DNA of 64,000 bases from an uncultured Bacteroidales bacterium. GTDB taxonomy: Bacteria > Bacteroidota > Bacteroidia > Bacteroidales > VadinHA17. The stretch lies in assembly GCA_963717685.1 (NCBI GenBank), contig OY970346.1, positions 1,183,695-1,247,694 of the forward strand, in the 5' to 3' direction. Positions 28,417 through 37,605 of the stretch are shown here, one piece after another (within the stretch, counting starts at the first letter, position 1; every line of letters starts with the position of its first letter). The position numbers and the translations under genes are program-made. The notes below the pieces were generated by a model. It was not told the DNA's origin, made no database searches, and saw only the letters and a list, made by a program, of their open reading frames with translations.

Positions 28417-29697
28417 ATGAAAAAGACAATCTTCTTACAGGTATCGATGCTTATACTAATCTTTGCATGCTCATGTTCACAAACATCAACTCTTAAAGAG
28501 GCTGCTCCGGATTCAGTAAAGGTATCGGAAAAGCGTCTTGTCAGAATTGATAAGATGCTTCAGCAAAGTATTGACAGTGGATGGATTTCAGGAGCAGTAG
28601 GTTTTATAGTTCGTGATGGGAAAATTATTTATAATAAATCGTTTGGGGTAAAGGATCTTGAGACAAAAATGCCTATGCTAAGCGATGATATTTTTAGAAT
28701 CGCATCTCAAACAAAAGCCATAACCAGCATTGGGTTGATGATGTTGTACGAAGAAGGAAAATTTCTACTGGATGATCCCATCTCAAAATATATTCCTGAA
28801 TTTCATAATCCAACCGTTCTTGACAAGTATAATGAGAAGGATTCAACTTATTCAACTATTCCTGCAAAACGTGAAATAACCATAAGAGATCTTTTAACAC
28901 ATACTTCTGGAATTGATTATGCTCAAATAGGCTCAGATAATATGAGGGCTATTTATGCAAAAGCCGGTATTCCGGCAGGTTTTGTCAGTGAGAAAATATT
29001 ACTAGCTGATAAAATTAGGATTTTAGGCAAAATGCCTCTTGTTCATCAACCTGGAGAAAGATTCACCTATGGATTGAATGTGGATGTTCTCGGCTACCTT
29101 ATTGAGATTTTATCAGGTGAAAGTCTGGATCAGTATTTTAGGAATCACATCTTCGTACCGCTGGGCATGAATGATACCTATTTCTATCTACCATCATCAA
29201 AAGCAAAGAGACTGGTAAAAGTTGTCACAGAAAATCAGAACCATCACCTGACAAATGTTCCAGAAAACGTAACAGGCTTTGGAAGTTTTAACTATCCACT
29301 TGTCAATGGTACCTACTATTCAGGTGGAGCAGGACTTAGCTCAACTGTAAAGGACTACGCAATTTTTTTACAGATGCTTTTGAATAAAGGGGAATATAAT
29401 GGTAAAAGACTACTCTCAAGACGTACAGTTGAATTAATTACATCGAACCAGATTGGAGAGTTGAATCTGGGAAGGGATAAGTTTGGTCTAGGATTTGAGA
29501 TCACGACAGAATATGGGCAGGCTAGACTTGGTATTACAAAAGGATCTTTTTCATGGGGAGGTTTTTTCGGAACAATATACTGGGCTGATCCAAAAGAACG
29601 TCTGGTTTGTCTTATGTTCATACAACAATTCCCTTTAAGTCATTCCGAGATTCAGGACAAATTCAGAACGCTGGTTTATCAGGCATTGGATGACTAA
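28417..29697 (+). CDS. Serine hydrolase, beta-lactamase (class C / PBP4*-like) fold
   Basis: Lipoprotein signal LIFACSCS and the SxxK motif FRIASQTKAITS. Length and pattern match the Beta-lactamase family. Confidence 0.8.
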   Translation: MKKTIFLQVSMLILIFACSCSQTSTLKEAAPDSVKVSEKRLVRIDKMLQQSIDSGWISGAVGFIVRDGKIIYNKSFGVKDLETKMPMLSDDIFRIASQTKAITSIGLMMLYEEGKFLLDDPISKYIPEFHNPTVLDKYNEKDSTYSTIPAKREITIRDLLTHTSGIDYAQIGSDNMRAIYAKAGIPAGFVSEKILLADKIRILGKMPLVHQPGERFTYGLNVDVLGYLIEILSGESLDQYFRNHIFVPLGMNDTYFYLPSSKAKRLVKVVTENQNHHLTNVPENVTGFGSFNYPLVNGTYYSGGAGLSSTVKDYAIFLQMLLNKGEYNGKRLLSRRTVELITSNQIGELNLGRDKFGLGFEITTEYGQARLGITKGSFSWGGFFGTIYWADPKERLVCLMFIQQFPLSHSEIQDKFRTLVYQALDD

Positions 29698-29825
29698 AAC
29701 GATTTTGAATCTTAATTTCTAAACCTCAAGAAGAGTATTATCCTTTGTGAAGTTACTTCTATTAATACTTCTGACAGATCAGTTTTAGTCTATGGCAGAA
29801 ATAATTTCCGAGATTTACTGCTAAC

Positions 29826-29967
29826 TGGAATAGCTAATGTCCTTAACCACTTTTGGCCTGAATAAAATGACCTCCCAAAACCCGGAGTTAAATCCTTGTT
29901 GTTTTGAATTGTCTGTTCGGTGAAGTCAAACCGGATTTTGAGGTGGCCAATGAGCTAGGCTTTTGCA
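29826..29967 (-). mobile_element. IS21-like MITE, full (M16)
   Basis: TGGAATAGCTAATGTCCTTAACCACTTTTGGCCTGAATAAAATGACCTCCC .. GAGGTGGCCAATGAGCTAGGCTTTTGCA. Confidence 0.75.
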
Positions 29968-29968
29968 A

Positions 29969-30442
29969 TTATTTAGGATTCTGTTTCAATTTAAGAATTA
30001 TATTATTGTTGGAATAAACTGAAGCAGTACCGTCTTCGTTGAACTTGAATTGAATATCATATTCTCTCGAATCCATTTTCGTACCATTTTCATAATGAAT
30101 ATCAGGGAAAACTGCTTTCCCAGTAAAAATCCCATTTTTATCAACTTTACCTTCTATTGAAATATTATACTTTTCTTCCTCGCCTAAGCCTCTAAATTTA
30201 ACCAGTTCTGAAGGAATTCTTATCTTCATATTATTGGTTTTATCTAATTCTACACTACTGATATTCGCTGACTCATTACCCCATTCAACTAAAGAGGAAA
30301 TTTGAGTAATATCAATCGAATATTTATCAAAATAATTATAAAACTTTATTACTCCGTCCCATCTTGATTGACAGTGAATGTTTAAAGGAATAATACAAAA
30401 CAAGACGAGATTAACCACAAGATGTTTAAAAAGTGTTTTCAT
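29969..30442 (-). CDS. Secreted hypothetical protein (157 aa)
   Basis: Signal peptide MKTLFKHLVVNLVLFCIIPLNIHCQ. Confidence 0.5.
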   Translation of the reverse strand: MKTLFKHLVVNLVLFCIIPLNIHCQSRWDGVIKFYNYFDKYSIDITQISSLVEWGNESANISSVELDKTNNMKIRIPSELVKFRGLGEEEKYNISIEGKVDKNGIFTGKAVFPDIHYENGTKMDSREYDIQFKFNEDGTASVYSNNNIILKLKQNPK

Positions 30443-30708
30443 GCTGTTATCTTTTAATGTTATGTATAGTTCATAAAACTAACAATTTACCTCTTTCCCT
30501 TGGTTATTACAACAGAATATTCATAAATAATAGTCCGTTTTTAATTTTTGCCTTTGGGTTTCATCATTAACTGGTATGATATAGCTCATGACAAACAAAA
30601 AAAGCAGTAAATTACTACTTGAAACAGTTGATAAAAATGGATACTATTCCAAAGTCAAAAACGAACATCATTGTTGCAATGGAAACTTGTTGATCTTAAT
30701 TTAATTGT

Positions 30709-31323
30709 ATGAAAAGAATTGCAATTATATTGACAATTTTTTGTACGATTCAAACTGGATATTCTCAAAAGGAATATTCTACCCTTATTGATCACGACAA
30801 ATATCTGATATTGATTGACAATACATCTTTTGGTGGTAAAGATACAGTCATAATAAGATATTATAAGGATGGACATATTCAATCAATTGGGAAATATGCA
30901 ATTGACTCAAATGGGAAATCGAGCAGTTTAAGAATTGGCAAATGGACTGAGTATTATTCAAATGGAGCAATCAAATCTATCGGAGATTATCAAATAAGTT
31001 CTTATTTGGATTGCGGAGTTGCCGGACTTGAAAGGATGTTTTACAACTACAAGGTTGGTGACTGGACTTATTATGATCAGGATTCAACAATTGAAGCAAA
31101 AGGAAACTATAAAATTATTAATACAAGGATCAGTACACGATGTAAAGGAGGTGATAACTTGATTTTTATGACAATAACGAATAATTGGTATTTTTTAAAG
31201 CCATATGATGACACAAAATTGATTGATAGAATCAAATTTTTATCTACATCTGTAGAATTCGAAGATGGTTTTAATATTCATTATGCCTATGACATAAAAC
31301 AAAAAAAAGTGATTACATTTTAA
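30709..31323 (+). CDS. MORN-variant repeat protein (YwqK-like)
   Basis: Signal peptide plus GKWTEYYSNGAIKSIGDY and GDWTYYDQDSTIEAKGNY repeats. Confidence 0.6.
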   Translation: MKRIAIILTIFCTIQTGYSQKEYSTLIDHDKYLILIDNTSFGGKDTVIIRYYKDGHIQSIGKYAIDSNGKSSSLRIGKWTEYYSNGAIKSIGDYQISSYLDCGVAGLERMFYNYKVGDWTYYDQDSTIEAKGNYKIINTRISTRCKGGDNLIFMTITNNWYFLKPYDDTKLIDRIKFLSTSVEFEDGFNIHYAYDIKQKKVITF

Positions 31324-31346
31324 GTTAATCATATTAATAATCTTGC

Positions 31347-31438
31347 AAAACCCAGCTGTTGAAGAATTGTTGTTTTTTTTTGGATGTTCGGGGAAATCTG
31401 ACCGGATTTTGAGGTGGTCAAAAAAGAACGGATTTTAA
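31347..31438 (-). mobile_element. MITE, partial (M17)
   Basis: .. CTGACCGGATTTTGAGGTGGTCAAAAAAGAACGGATTTTA. Confidence 0.6.
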
Positions 31439-31589
31439 AAAACATCAGACACTTACAAGACCAATTGTGGGTGTCTTTTTGTTTGGTACCAGTTTGGTGT
31501 CAGGATCTACTATTAATTGATTACTTATCTCTCCAATATGGTCCTGAAATAGGAAGAGTCTCATCATTTGGCCCCTTAATAAACATGGG

Positions 31590-31728
31590 TGCAAAAGCCG
31601 GAGAGCTTGACCACATTTGGCCGATAGAAATGCAATTACTATAAATAACTTAGCAACAAGAACATAGTTCCGGCTATGGGTGGTCAATATACTCCGGCTA
31701 AAAGTGGTCAAGGCCATTGGCTTTTCCA
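31590..31728 (+). mobile_element. IS21-like MITE, subfamily 2 (M18), identical to M12
   Basis: 139 bp identical by eye to 21287-21425. The flanks differ. Confidence 0.8.
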
Positions 31729-31940
31729 ATAAGGAATGAACCTGAGGCTGTTTATTACCCAGACGAGGAAAGTGAGTTAAGTAATTTACTTGATGAGATT
31801 TATACTGAATCTATCCTATTCGTTCGTTACGAATTAACCGCTCTCGGGTTGGAGGTTGATGACTACTTCAGGGACTATCTATAATGGGTATAGTAGGTTA
31901 ATAATGAATAAGATAAATAAAGTGTTAAGAGCTGTAATTC

Positions 31941-32408
31941 TCAGAAATTATAGCTCTTTTTTATTTTGGATTCGTAAACAGTCTTAACCAGATCGATGCT
32001 ACATTCTACCACCAAATATCTATTTCTGGACTTGAAGGTCAAATAATAGAATATCAATGTGATAAATAGAATAATTATAACTAATAAACTTATTGTTTGG
32101 ATCACCCATACTATTATGGTTGTCATTGAAAAGAATACTGCCAAAGCACTTGCAAGACGAAAAAGGGTATAAAATATGTCCTTTTCTTCAATCAGATATT
32201 TTATCACCAGATCTCTCTCCCCTATAAAATCTTCAGCATCTTCAAGTCGTTTTCTAGCTATCAGAAAACAGTCAGTTTTCATCACCTGAGAGTGCGAAAA
32301 TCTGAGTTTATTGATGCAGATTCCTTCTTTTGTCCAAAATATTAACCCGGCTCCTTTAATCATTAAAAAGTAGAATAGAGTGCAAAGGTAACGTGATCTG
32401 GCCATCAT
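31941..32408 (-). CDS. Hypothetical membrane protein (155 aa)
   Basis: Two or three hydrophobic segments. No family recognised. Confidence 0.4.
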   Translation of the reverse strand: MMARSRYLCTLFYFLMIKGAGLIFWTKEGICINKLRFSHSQVMKTDCFLIARKRLEDAEDFIGERDLVIKYLIEEKDIFYTLFRLASALAVFFSMTTIIVWVIQTISLLVIIILFITLIFYYLTFKSRNRYLVVECSIDLVKTVYESKIKKSYNF

Positions 32409-32699
32409 TACAAGCCAGATATAATAGATATTTGTTTATCTGTTTACCTCTGGCCAAAGGGAAATCTTTTTCCCGAAGGAAGTAGATTCGGGTGAAACCC
32501 AGGAAAGTAAATTATTGCAAGAAAAGTATCATTTTGGGGTATCACATTGGTATATATGGATAAATCGGCCATATTGACCACCCTTAATCGTTTTTAAGAG
32601 ACCATGCTTTTCCGGCAGTGAAAGACCACCCCTAAGTTAACCTCCTTTTTTGCTTCATTTTCATCATGATTTTCAGGGTGATTTTACAAAGTTATTTTT

Positions 32700-33455
32700 T
32701 TAGTTTGTTCCTCCAAGTGATATGATTGTTTTCTTAATCTGTTTTCTCATGGATTCACCAGAGAGTTCAATACGGTGTGCCTGGTGTACGATGCGATCCA
32801 GTATAGCATCTGCAATGGTATTTTCTCCGATAATCTCATACCATTGTAAGACCGGGAGTTGTGAGGTGATGATCGTTGACCGTTTACCATGACGGTCTTC
32901 GATAATCTCCATGAGTGAAGAACGACTTTGATTATCAAAGGGCTGTATCCCAAAGTCATCAAGTATTAACAAGTCCTGCTTTTCAATGCGTGCTATTTCT
33001 TTGATATAGGACCCATCAGCTTTCGACATTTTTAGTTTGGCAAAAAGCTTTGTGGTATTGGCATATAAAACTTTATATCCCAGAGTACATGCCTGATTTC
33101 CGATAGCTGAAGCCACAAAGCTTTTCCCGATGCCAGTACTTCCAGTGATAATAATTGTTTCTGACTTATCAATAAAACTACAATCGGCAAAGCGCATGAT
33201 CTGGTTTTTATCAAGGTTCCGGTCGGTTTCAAAGTCGAGGTGCTCAATATCTGCCTTGTAACGAAAACGGGCTTGATTTATGTGCCGTTCAATACGGAGG
33301 TTGTTACGATGGTCCCATTCCGATTCAACCATGAAAGCTACCATCTCATCTGCTGTCATGCTGGCCATGCGACCGTCTTCAAGTGTGGTTTTAAAGGCCG
33401 TAGCCATTCCCTGGAACTTCATTTGTTTAAGTCGCTGTAATGTTTGCTCATTCAT
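32700..33455 (-). CDS. istB: IS21-family helper ATPase IstB
   Basis: Walker A GSTGIGKS and Walker B LLILDDFG, with the typical IstB length. Confidence 0.95.
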   Translation of the reverse strand: MNEQTLQRLKQMKFQGMATAFKTTLEDGRMASMTADEMVAFMVESEWDHRNNLRIERHINQARFRYKADIEHLDFETDRNLDKNQIMRFADCSFIDKSETIIITGSTGIGKSFVASAIGNQACTLGYKVLYANTTKLFAKLKMSKADGSYIKEIARIEKQDLLILDDFGIQPFDNQSRSSLMEIIEDRHGKRSTIITSQLPVLQWYEIIGENTIADAILDRIVHQAHRIELSGESMRKQIKKTIISLGGTN

Positions 33456-33532
33456 AGATTTTTATTTTTAAAAGTTAATAATAGTGTTAATCCAGCCACG
33501 ATCTTCCCGTGACTGGATAACTGATAAATTGA

Positions 33533-35086
33533 CTATTTGTAATATCCTCCCCCACGAACATTGCGATGCCCGGGCATTTTCTTATTGTCATCTTCTGAGT
33601 CGAAAGGTTCCTGGTCAAGTCGTTTTTCTATGATGGTACGGATAGCATTATAACTGAAGTCGCCATAATATAATGCCCTCCGACAGGCTCTATTCAAACG
33701 ATCACTACCAACATGTATAACAAAACTGAGGATTCCCTGGCATGTTTTATAGGCTTGCTCGGGATGTTGCCTTATCTCAAGAATATGGACAATATAATCC
33801 CTGGTATCATCACCAATAAAGGTTGCCCGCTGAATAAACTTCTCCGCGGTCCAGTCGCTTTTAAACTGGTGGTGGGATGCCAGATGATCTTCGTTGGTGG
33901 TGTATCCGTAGAGTTTAAAATTGCGAGTATATGTTGCTATAAGATCATATCGGTAATATATCTCCACCAGGTCAGAAGTGTAAAGTATGGTAACCTTCTT
34001 TCCAATATACCGGTAAGGGACGCTGTAATAATGTTTGTCTTCAGCCAGACATACATGATTGTTTTTCATTACTGTAACTACTTTCTTCCTTTTAGCCTGG
34101 TACCTGTATTGTGGCAGCGGCTGCAGATCCGATTTCTCTATTTCTTCGAACAATTGCCTTCTGCTATAGGGACGGCCGGATAAGAGTTTGTTGTTGTGAT
34201 CCTCAAGTGCTTCCCTGATAGCAGTATTTAAGTCTGTTAAAGAAAAGAAAGTGCGTTGCTTAATCGTGTAAAAAATAGTCCGGTATATTATTTTAACTGC
34301 TCCCTCAACCAGAGCTTTGTGTTTAGGTTTATAGGGACCGGCCGGAAGCGCTGTCATATGATAATGCTCTACAAAATCACGGAACATCTCGTTAAGCGTT
34401 GGTTCGTACCTGTCACTTTTGATTACTGCCGATTTTAAGTTGTCTGTTACTATGGCCAGTGGCATACCACCATAATAATGAAGAGCATTCTCGCAGGAAC
34501 ATATAAAGTCTTCTTTCCTTTGGGTCATAGATGCCTCAACATAGGTAAGCTGGCTGGACCCCAGGATCGCAACAAAGATTTCTACCGGAACCACTTCCCC
34601 TGTTGCCTGATCAACAAAGGACAGCTTATCGCCTGTATAATCTACATACATCTTGTCACCGCTCTTATGCTCCATGTGCATCGAAGAGTTGACCTTCTTG
34701 CTCCATAGATTATAATGTTCATTAAACTGTGTTTTACGATAGCCATCAGGATGTTTTAAAAAATATTGCTCCCACTGTTTTTCCCGTGTCTCCCCTTTGC
34801 GTTTAAGGGCTTTCTCCATACCAGGAAAGAAGGCTATCAGATCTGCTTTGCGCTGATCTGTCGGTACCTCCTGACGGGGCATTGAAAACAAGGCCTCCAT
34901 CTGAGTATCACTGAGTTTATCAATTTCTTCCAGTGTCTTACCCATGGCAGTAAATTGCCGGATATACTTCTTAACCGTGTTTCGTGTAGCTCCTGTGCGG
35001 ATGCTGATCGATTGCTTACTTACACCCTCGGTGTACATCTTTAAAATACTTCTTGCTTTACTCATAATAATTAAATTGTTAGACAT
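33533..35086 (-). CDS. istA: IS21-family transposase IstA
   Basis: N-terminal HTH (RNTVKKYIRQF) and a DDE/rve-like core. 517 aa, located upstream of istB. Confidence 0.95.
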   Translation of the reverse strand: MSNNLIIMSKARSILKMYTEGVSKQSISIRTGATRNTVKKYIRQFTAMGKTLEEIDKLSDTQMEALFSMPRQEVPTDQRKADLIAFFPGMEKALKRKGETREKQWEQYFLKHPDGYRKTQFNEHYNLWSKKVNSSMHMEHKSGDKMYVDYTGDKLSFVDQATGEVVPVEIFVAILGSSQLTYVEASMTQRKEDFICSCENALHYYGGMPLAIVTDNLKSAVIKSDRYEPTLNEMFRDFVEHYHMTALPAGPYKPKHKALVEGAVKIIYRTIFYTIKQRTFFSLTDLNTAIREALEDHNNKLLSGRPYSRRQLFEEIEKSDLQPLPQYRYQAKRKKVVTVMKNNHVCLAEDKHYYSVPYRYIGKKVTILYTSDLVEIYYRYDLIATYTRNFKLYGYTTNEDHLASHHQFKSDWTAEKFIQRATFIGDDTRDYIVHILEIRQHPEQAYKTCQGILSFVIHVGSDRLNRACRRALYYGDFSYNAIRTIIEKRLDQEPFDSEDDNKKMPGHRNVRGGGYYK

Positions 35087-35257
35087 GAATGATTGGTATT
35101 AATAATACCATCAACGTTAATCATTCATCCTAATAAATCATGATAAAAAAGCAATCCGGATGGGGTGGTCTCTTTACTCCGGTTTTGGGTGGTCAATTTC
35201 CTCCGGTTAAGGGTGGTCAGTTTGCTCCGGCGAGGGGGTGGTCTTTTTGCTCCGGTC

Positions 35258-35569
35258 TCAGGTGATCATTTTGACCGTTTTTTCCAATATGTCCCCTTCG
35301 CAAGCATAACAAAACACTGTTTTACCATTTTTTTGCCTAATAGGGGTAAGCTCAATGAAATTACCAGATAAAGGAATTCCAATTTCCTCTTTAAATTCTC
35401 TTATCGCTGCAGCTAAGGGACCTTCTTCTTCAGTAAATTCTCCTTTTGGTATAGACCAGCAATGCAAATCTTTTTTAACCCAGAAAGGTCCTCCTGGATG
35501 TACTAAAAGTACTTCTAACTTGGAATGAGTTAATCGATATAAGAGAATACCTGCACTTTTCTTTTCCAT
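35258..35569 (-). CDS. NUDIX hydrolase whose 3' end abuts or is replaced by the IS21 terminus
   Basis: Perfect Nudix box GEFTEEEGPLAAAIREFKEEIGI. The last ~9 codons (LEKTVKMIT*) are IS21 end sequence, and the protein is short for its family. Confidence 0.75.
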   Translation of the reverse strand: MEKKSAGILLYRLTHSKLEVLLVHPGGPFWVKKDLHCWSIPKGEFTEEEGPLAAAIREFKEEIGIPLSGNFIELTPIRQKNGKTVFCYACEGDILEKTVKMIT

Positions 35570-35593
35570 ATAGGATGATATGAACTGTTCGTG

Positions 35594-36043
35594 TTATGTC
35601 TTCAATTCCCATGTTTGAAGTTCAATTATGTTACCCTCAGGATCTTTTGCATAAGTAAATACTAAGCTTCCTTTCGCATAGTCTTTTTTTACAATTTTAC
35701 CAAGTTTTGAGCCACCATTCAGAATCATTTTTTCAAGAATCATTTCTATATTGTCTACTGAAAAGGCAATATGGCCAAAACCTTCTCTGTTAGCCATGGG
35801 ATAAGGTTTGTCTTCATTTTCTTGATATTGGAAAATTTCTAAAGTCGGGCCATCTTTATCAAAGCCAGGTAAAAGTAGATGAATACCTTGTAAAGCGGCA
35901 TTTTTAACACCTGTGCCGTTTTCCAGCCAAACTCCCTTGAGATTTCTTTCCGGAGGTATTGGTTTGCATTCAAAGACTTTAATATAGAATTCTGATAGAA
36001 GCCTCCAATTTTTAGCAATGATGTTAGTATGAACAAATTTCAT
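35594..36043 (-). CDS. VOC-family (glyoxalase/bleomycin-resistance fold) protein
   Basis: FGHIAFSVDNIEMILEKM and AKDPEGNIIELQ. Confidence 0.8.
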   Translation of the reverse strand: MKFVHTNIIAKNWRLLSEFYIKVFECKPIPPERNLKGVWLENGTGVKNAALQGIHLLLPGFDKDGPTLEIFQYQENEDKPYPMANREGFGHIAFSVDNIEMILEKMILNGGSKLGKIVKKDYAKGSLVFTYAKDPEGNIIELQTWELKT

Positions 36044-36144
36044 AGGAATGATGTTTTAAAGTATTTTCTCAATACCAGAATCATAAGCTGTTAATCGTGG
36101 TTAAATAAGTAAGTTTAAATTACTTCTGTAATATGTCAAAGTTA

Positions 36145-36284
36145 CAGCTAAAGCCGGACACTTTGACCACATTTAGCCAGTCATTTTGTATTTAGGATAC
36201 AATTCTATATACCAATTATTTAGCTTCTTTCATTAATGGTCAATTTTCTCCAACGAGAGTTAGTCAGAGACACTGGCATTTCCA
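36145..36284 (+). mobile_element. IS21-like MITE, subfamily 2 (M19)
   Basis: GCTAAAGCCGGACACTTTGACCACATTTAGCCAGTC .. TGGTCAATTTTCTCCAACGAGAGTTAGTCAG .. CTGGCATTTCCA. Confidence 0.7.
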
Positions 36285-36648
36285 CTCAAACATCTGATTC
36301 AAAAAATGTTGATTTGGATGTATTAACTCAAGAATGGAGACAAGCAAGTGATAGGATTAAAGAAATTGGAGTATAAGAAGCTGAACAACCCAAAGGTGAG
36401 CTCGAAATTAAGAAAATAAGGATGCTTGATGATGGATCGCTGAGTGAAGAAATGGGCCCAGGATTTTTCTATGAAGAATACAGCTTGGCATTGGATATTG
36501 TAAACATCAGGAGAAGTCAGAAGAACTGATCACATCTGTCCGGAGGTAAGCATACAACTCTATATAACTTAAATTGCTATTTTAACATATTCTGGTAATA
36601 TTTTGATTTACCTTTACATTGACTTTTAAACTTAAATTAAATAGAGCT

Positions 36649-37131
36649 ATGGGTAAAATATTACGTTGGACAGGTTATGTATCAACACTTATTGGTGCAA
36701 TATTTATTATTATGTCTATTATTGGTGGTTTTAGATACCATCATCATTACATTCAAGCGCATGCGCAGACTTGCTGTAATATGCAACATCCTGGTGGCAA
36801 CATGGCTGTTGTTATAAGTGATTCTGTAAGGTGCAAACAACATTCAGTTACTGTTACAGGAACCAGGGGAAAACAAGATTCTGTTAAATATTCAATTACT
36901 GTTACAGGGACTATGGGGAAACAAGATTCTGTAAAATGTTGTAAAAAACAACCAGTGTATTTAACGACTGCTCCTATGATTTGCCATGGTTGCCAAATGT
37001 ATCATCACCGTATTGGATTTCATATGGGATTGGCAATATGTTTTCTATTGTTAGCGATTTCTTTATTTATGATAAGTAATAGTTGCTGTTGTAAAAAAAA
37101 TAGCGAAAACAACGAAGAAAAGAAGGAATAA
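36649..37131 (+). CDS. Cys/His-rich small membrane protein with an internal 16-aa tandem repeat
   Basis: Preferred ATG at 36649. It has N- and C-terminal TM segments and the motifs HHHYIQAHAQTCCNMQHPGG, CHGCQMYHHR and SNSCCCKK. The repeat is VTVTGTRGKQDSVKYS / ITVTGTMGKQDSVKCC. Confidence 0.55.
   Translation: MGKILRWTGYVSTLIGAIFIIMSIIGGFRYHHHYIQAHAQTCCNMQHPGGNMAVVISDSVRCKQHSVTVTGTRGKQDSVKYSITVTGTMGKQDSVKCCKKQPVYLTTAPMICHGCQMYHHRIGFHMGLAICFLLLAISLFMISNSCCCKKNSENNEEKKE
36844..36939 (+). repeat. In-frame 48-bp x2 tandem repeat inside the Cys/His-rich CDS
   Basis: tcagttactgttacaggaaccaggggaaaacaagattctgttaaatat versus tcaattactgttacagggactatggggaaacaagattctgtaaaatgt. Confidence 0.8.
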
Positions 37132-37424
37132 TAGATTATAAGCGAGTTTCACACCTGAAATTATAACTTAACAAAGCATTTGGTGGAGCGTACTTCACTG
37201 AATGCTTACGTCCTGAGAAAATCAAGTCTCCTCAGGGGAAAAAATCAAACGGCAACAACAGAACACCTGACATATCTAACTGATTCCTATTATATCGAAG
37301 ACAGAATACGAGAAAAAATTTTTGCTCAGAGATTTTAAAAAATCCCAAGATCGGAAAAGTGAAAGAAAAATTTCCAGCAAAATATTAGGAAAATCCTGAC
37401 TTTGATTGGTCTATTAAGAAAGGT

Positions 37425-37605
37425 GAAAACGACCACCGACCTTTTCGTTTAAATTTAAACGGATGATCATAGAATTCAATAAAAAAACCGGCTGAATTGG
37501 CCGGTTTGAAGTGTTTGAATCAGGATTTTAAAATCAGTTAATGTCTTTGAATATTATCAGGGAGTATTTTTAATTATGATTAACCAGGGACTTTGCTTTT
37601 CATAG
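37425..37605 (+). repeat. Repeat B, copy B4 (inner end of the right inverted repeat)
   Basis: Same blocks as B1. Confidence 0.7.

Larger units (their letters stand above)
32567..35286 (-). mobile_element. IS21-family insertion sequence (complete, about 2.7 kb)
   Basis: Left end TGGATAAATCGGCCATATTGACCACCC. The right end carries four tandem GGTGGTC(A/T)-N-CTCCGG repeats (35165-35250) and ends ..TGACCGTTTTTTCCA at 35286. No clear TSD is visible by eye. Confidence 0.8.

Noticed and set aside
32461-32566. Possible downstream continuation of the NUDIX gene on the far side of IS21
   Set aside because: Translations of the three minus-strand frames gave only a short tail (..YQCDTPK*) or sequence with no convincing match to the expected NUDIX C-terminus. 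No unambiguous TSD was found to anchor a reconstruction.
35165-35371. 68-aa ORF MVSLLRFWVVNFLRLRVVSLLRRGGG..
   Set aside because: It is the translation of the tandem GGTGGTC-N-CTCCGG terminal repeats of IS21, and its periodic sequence is a repeat artefact.
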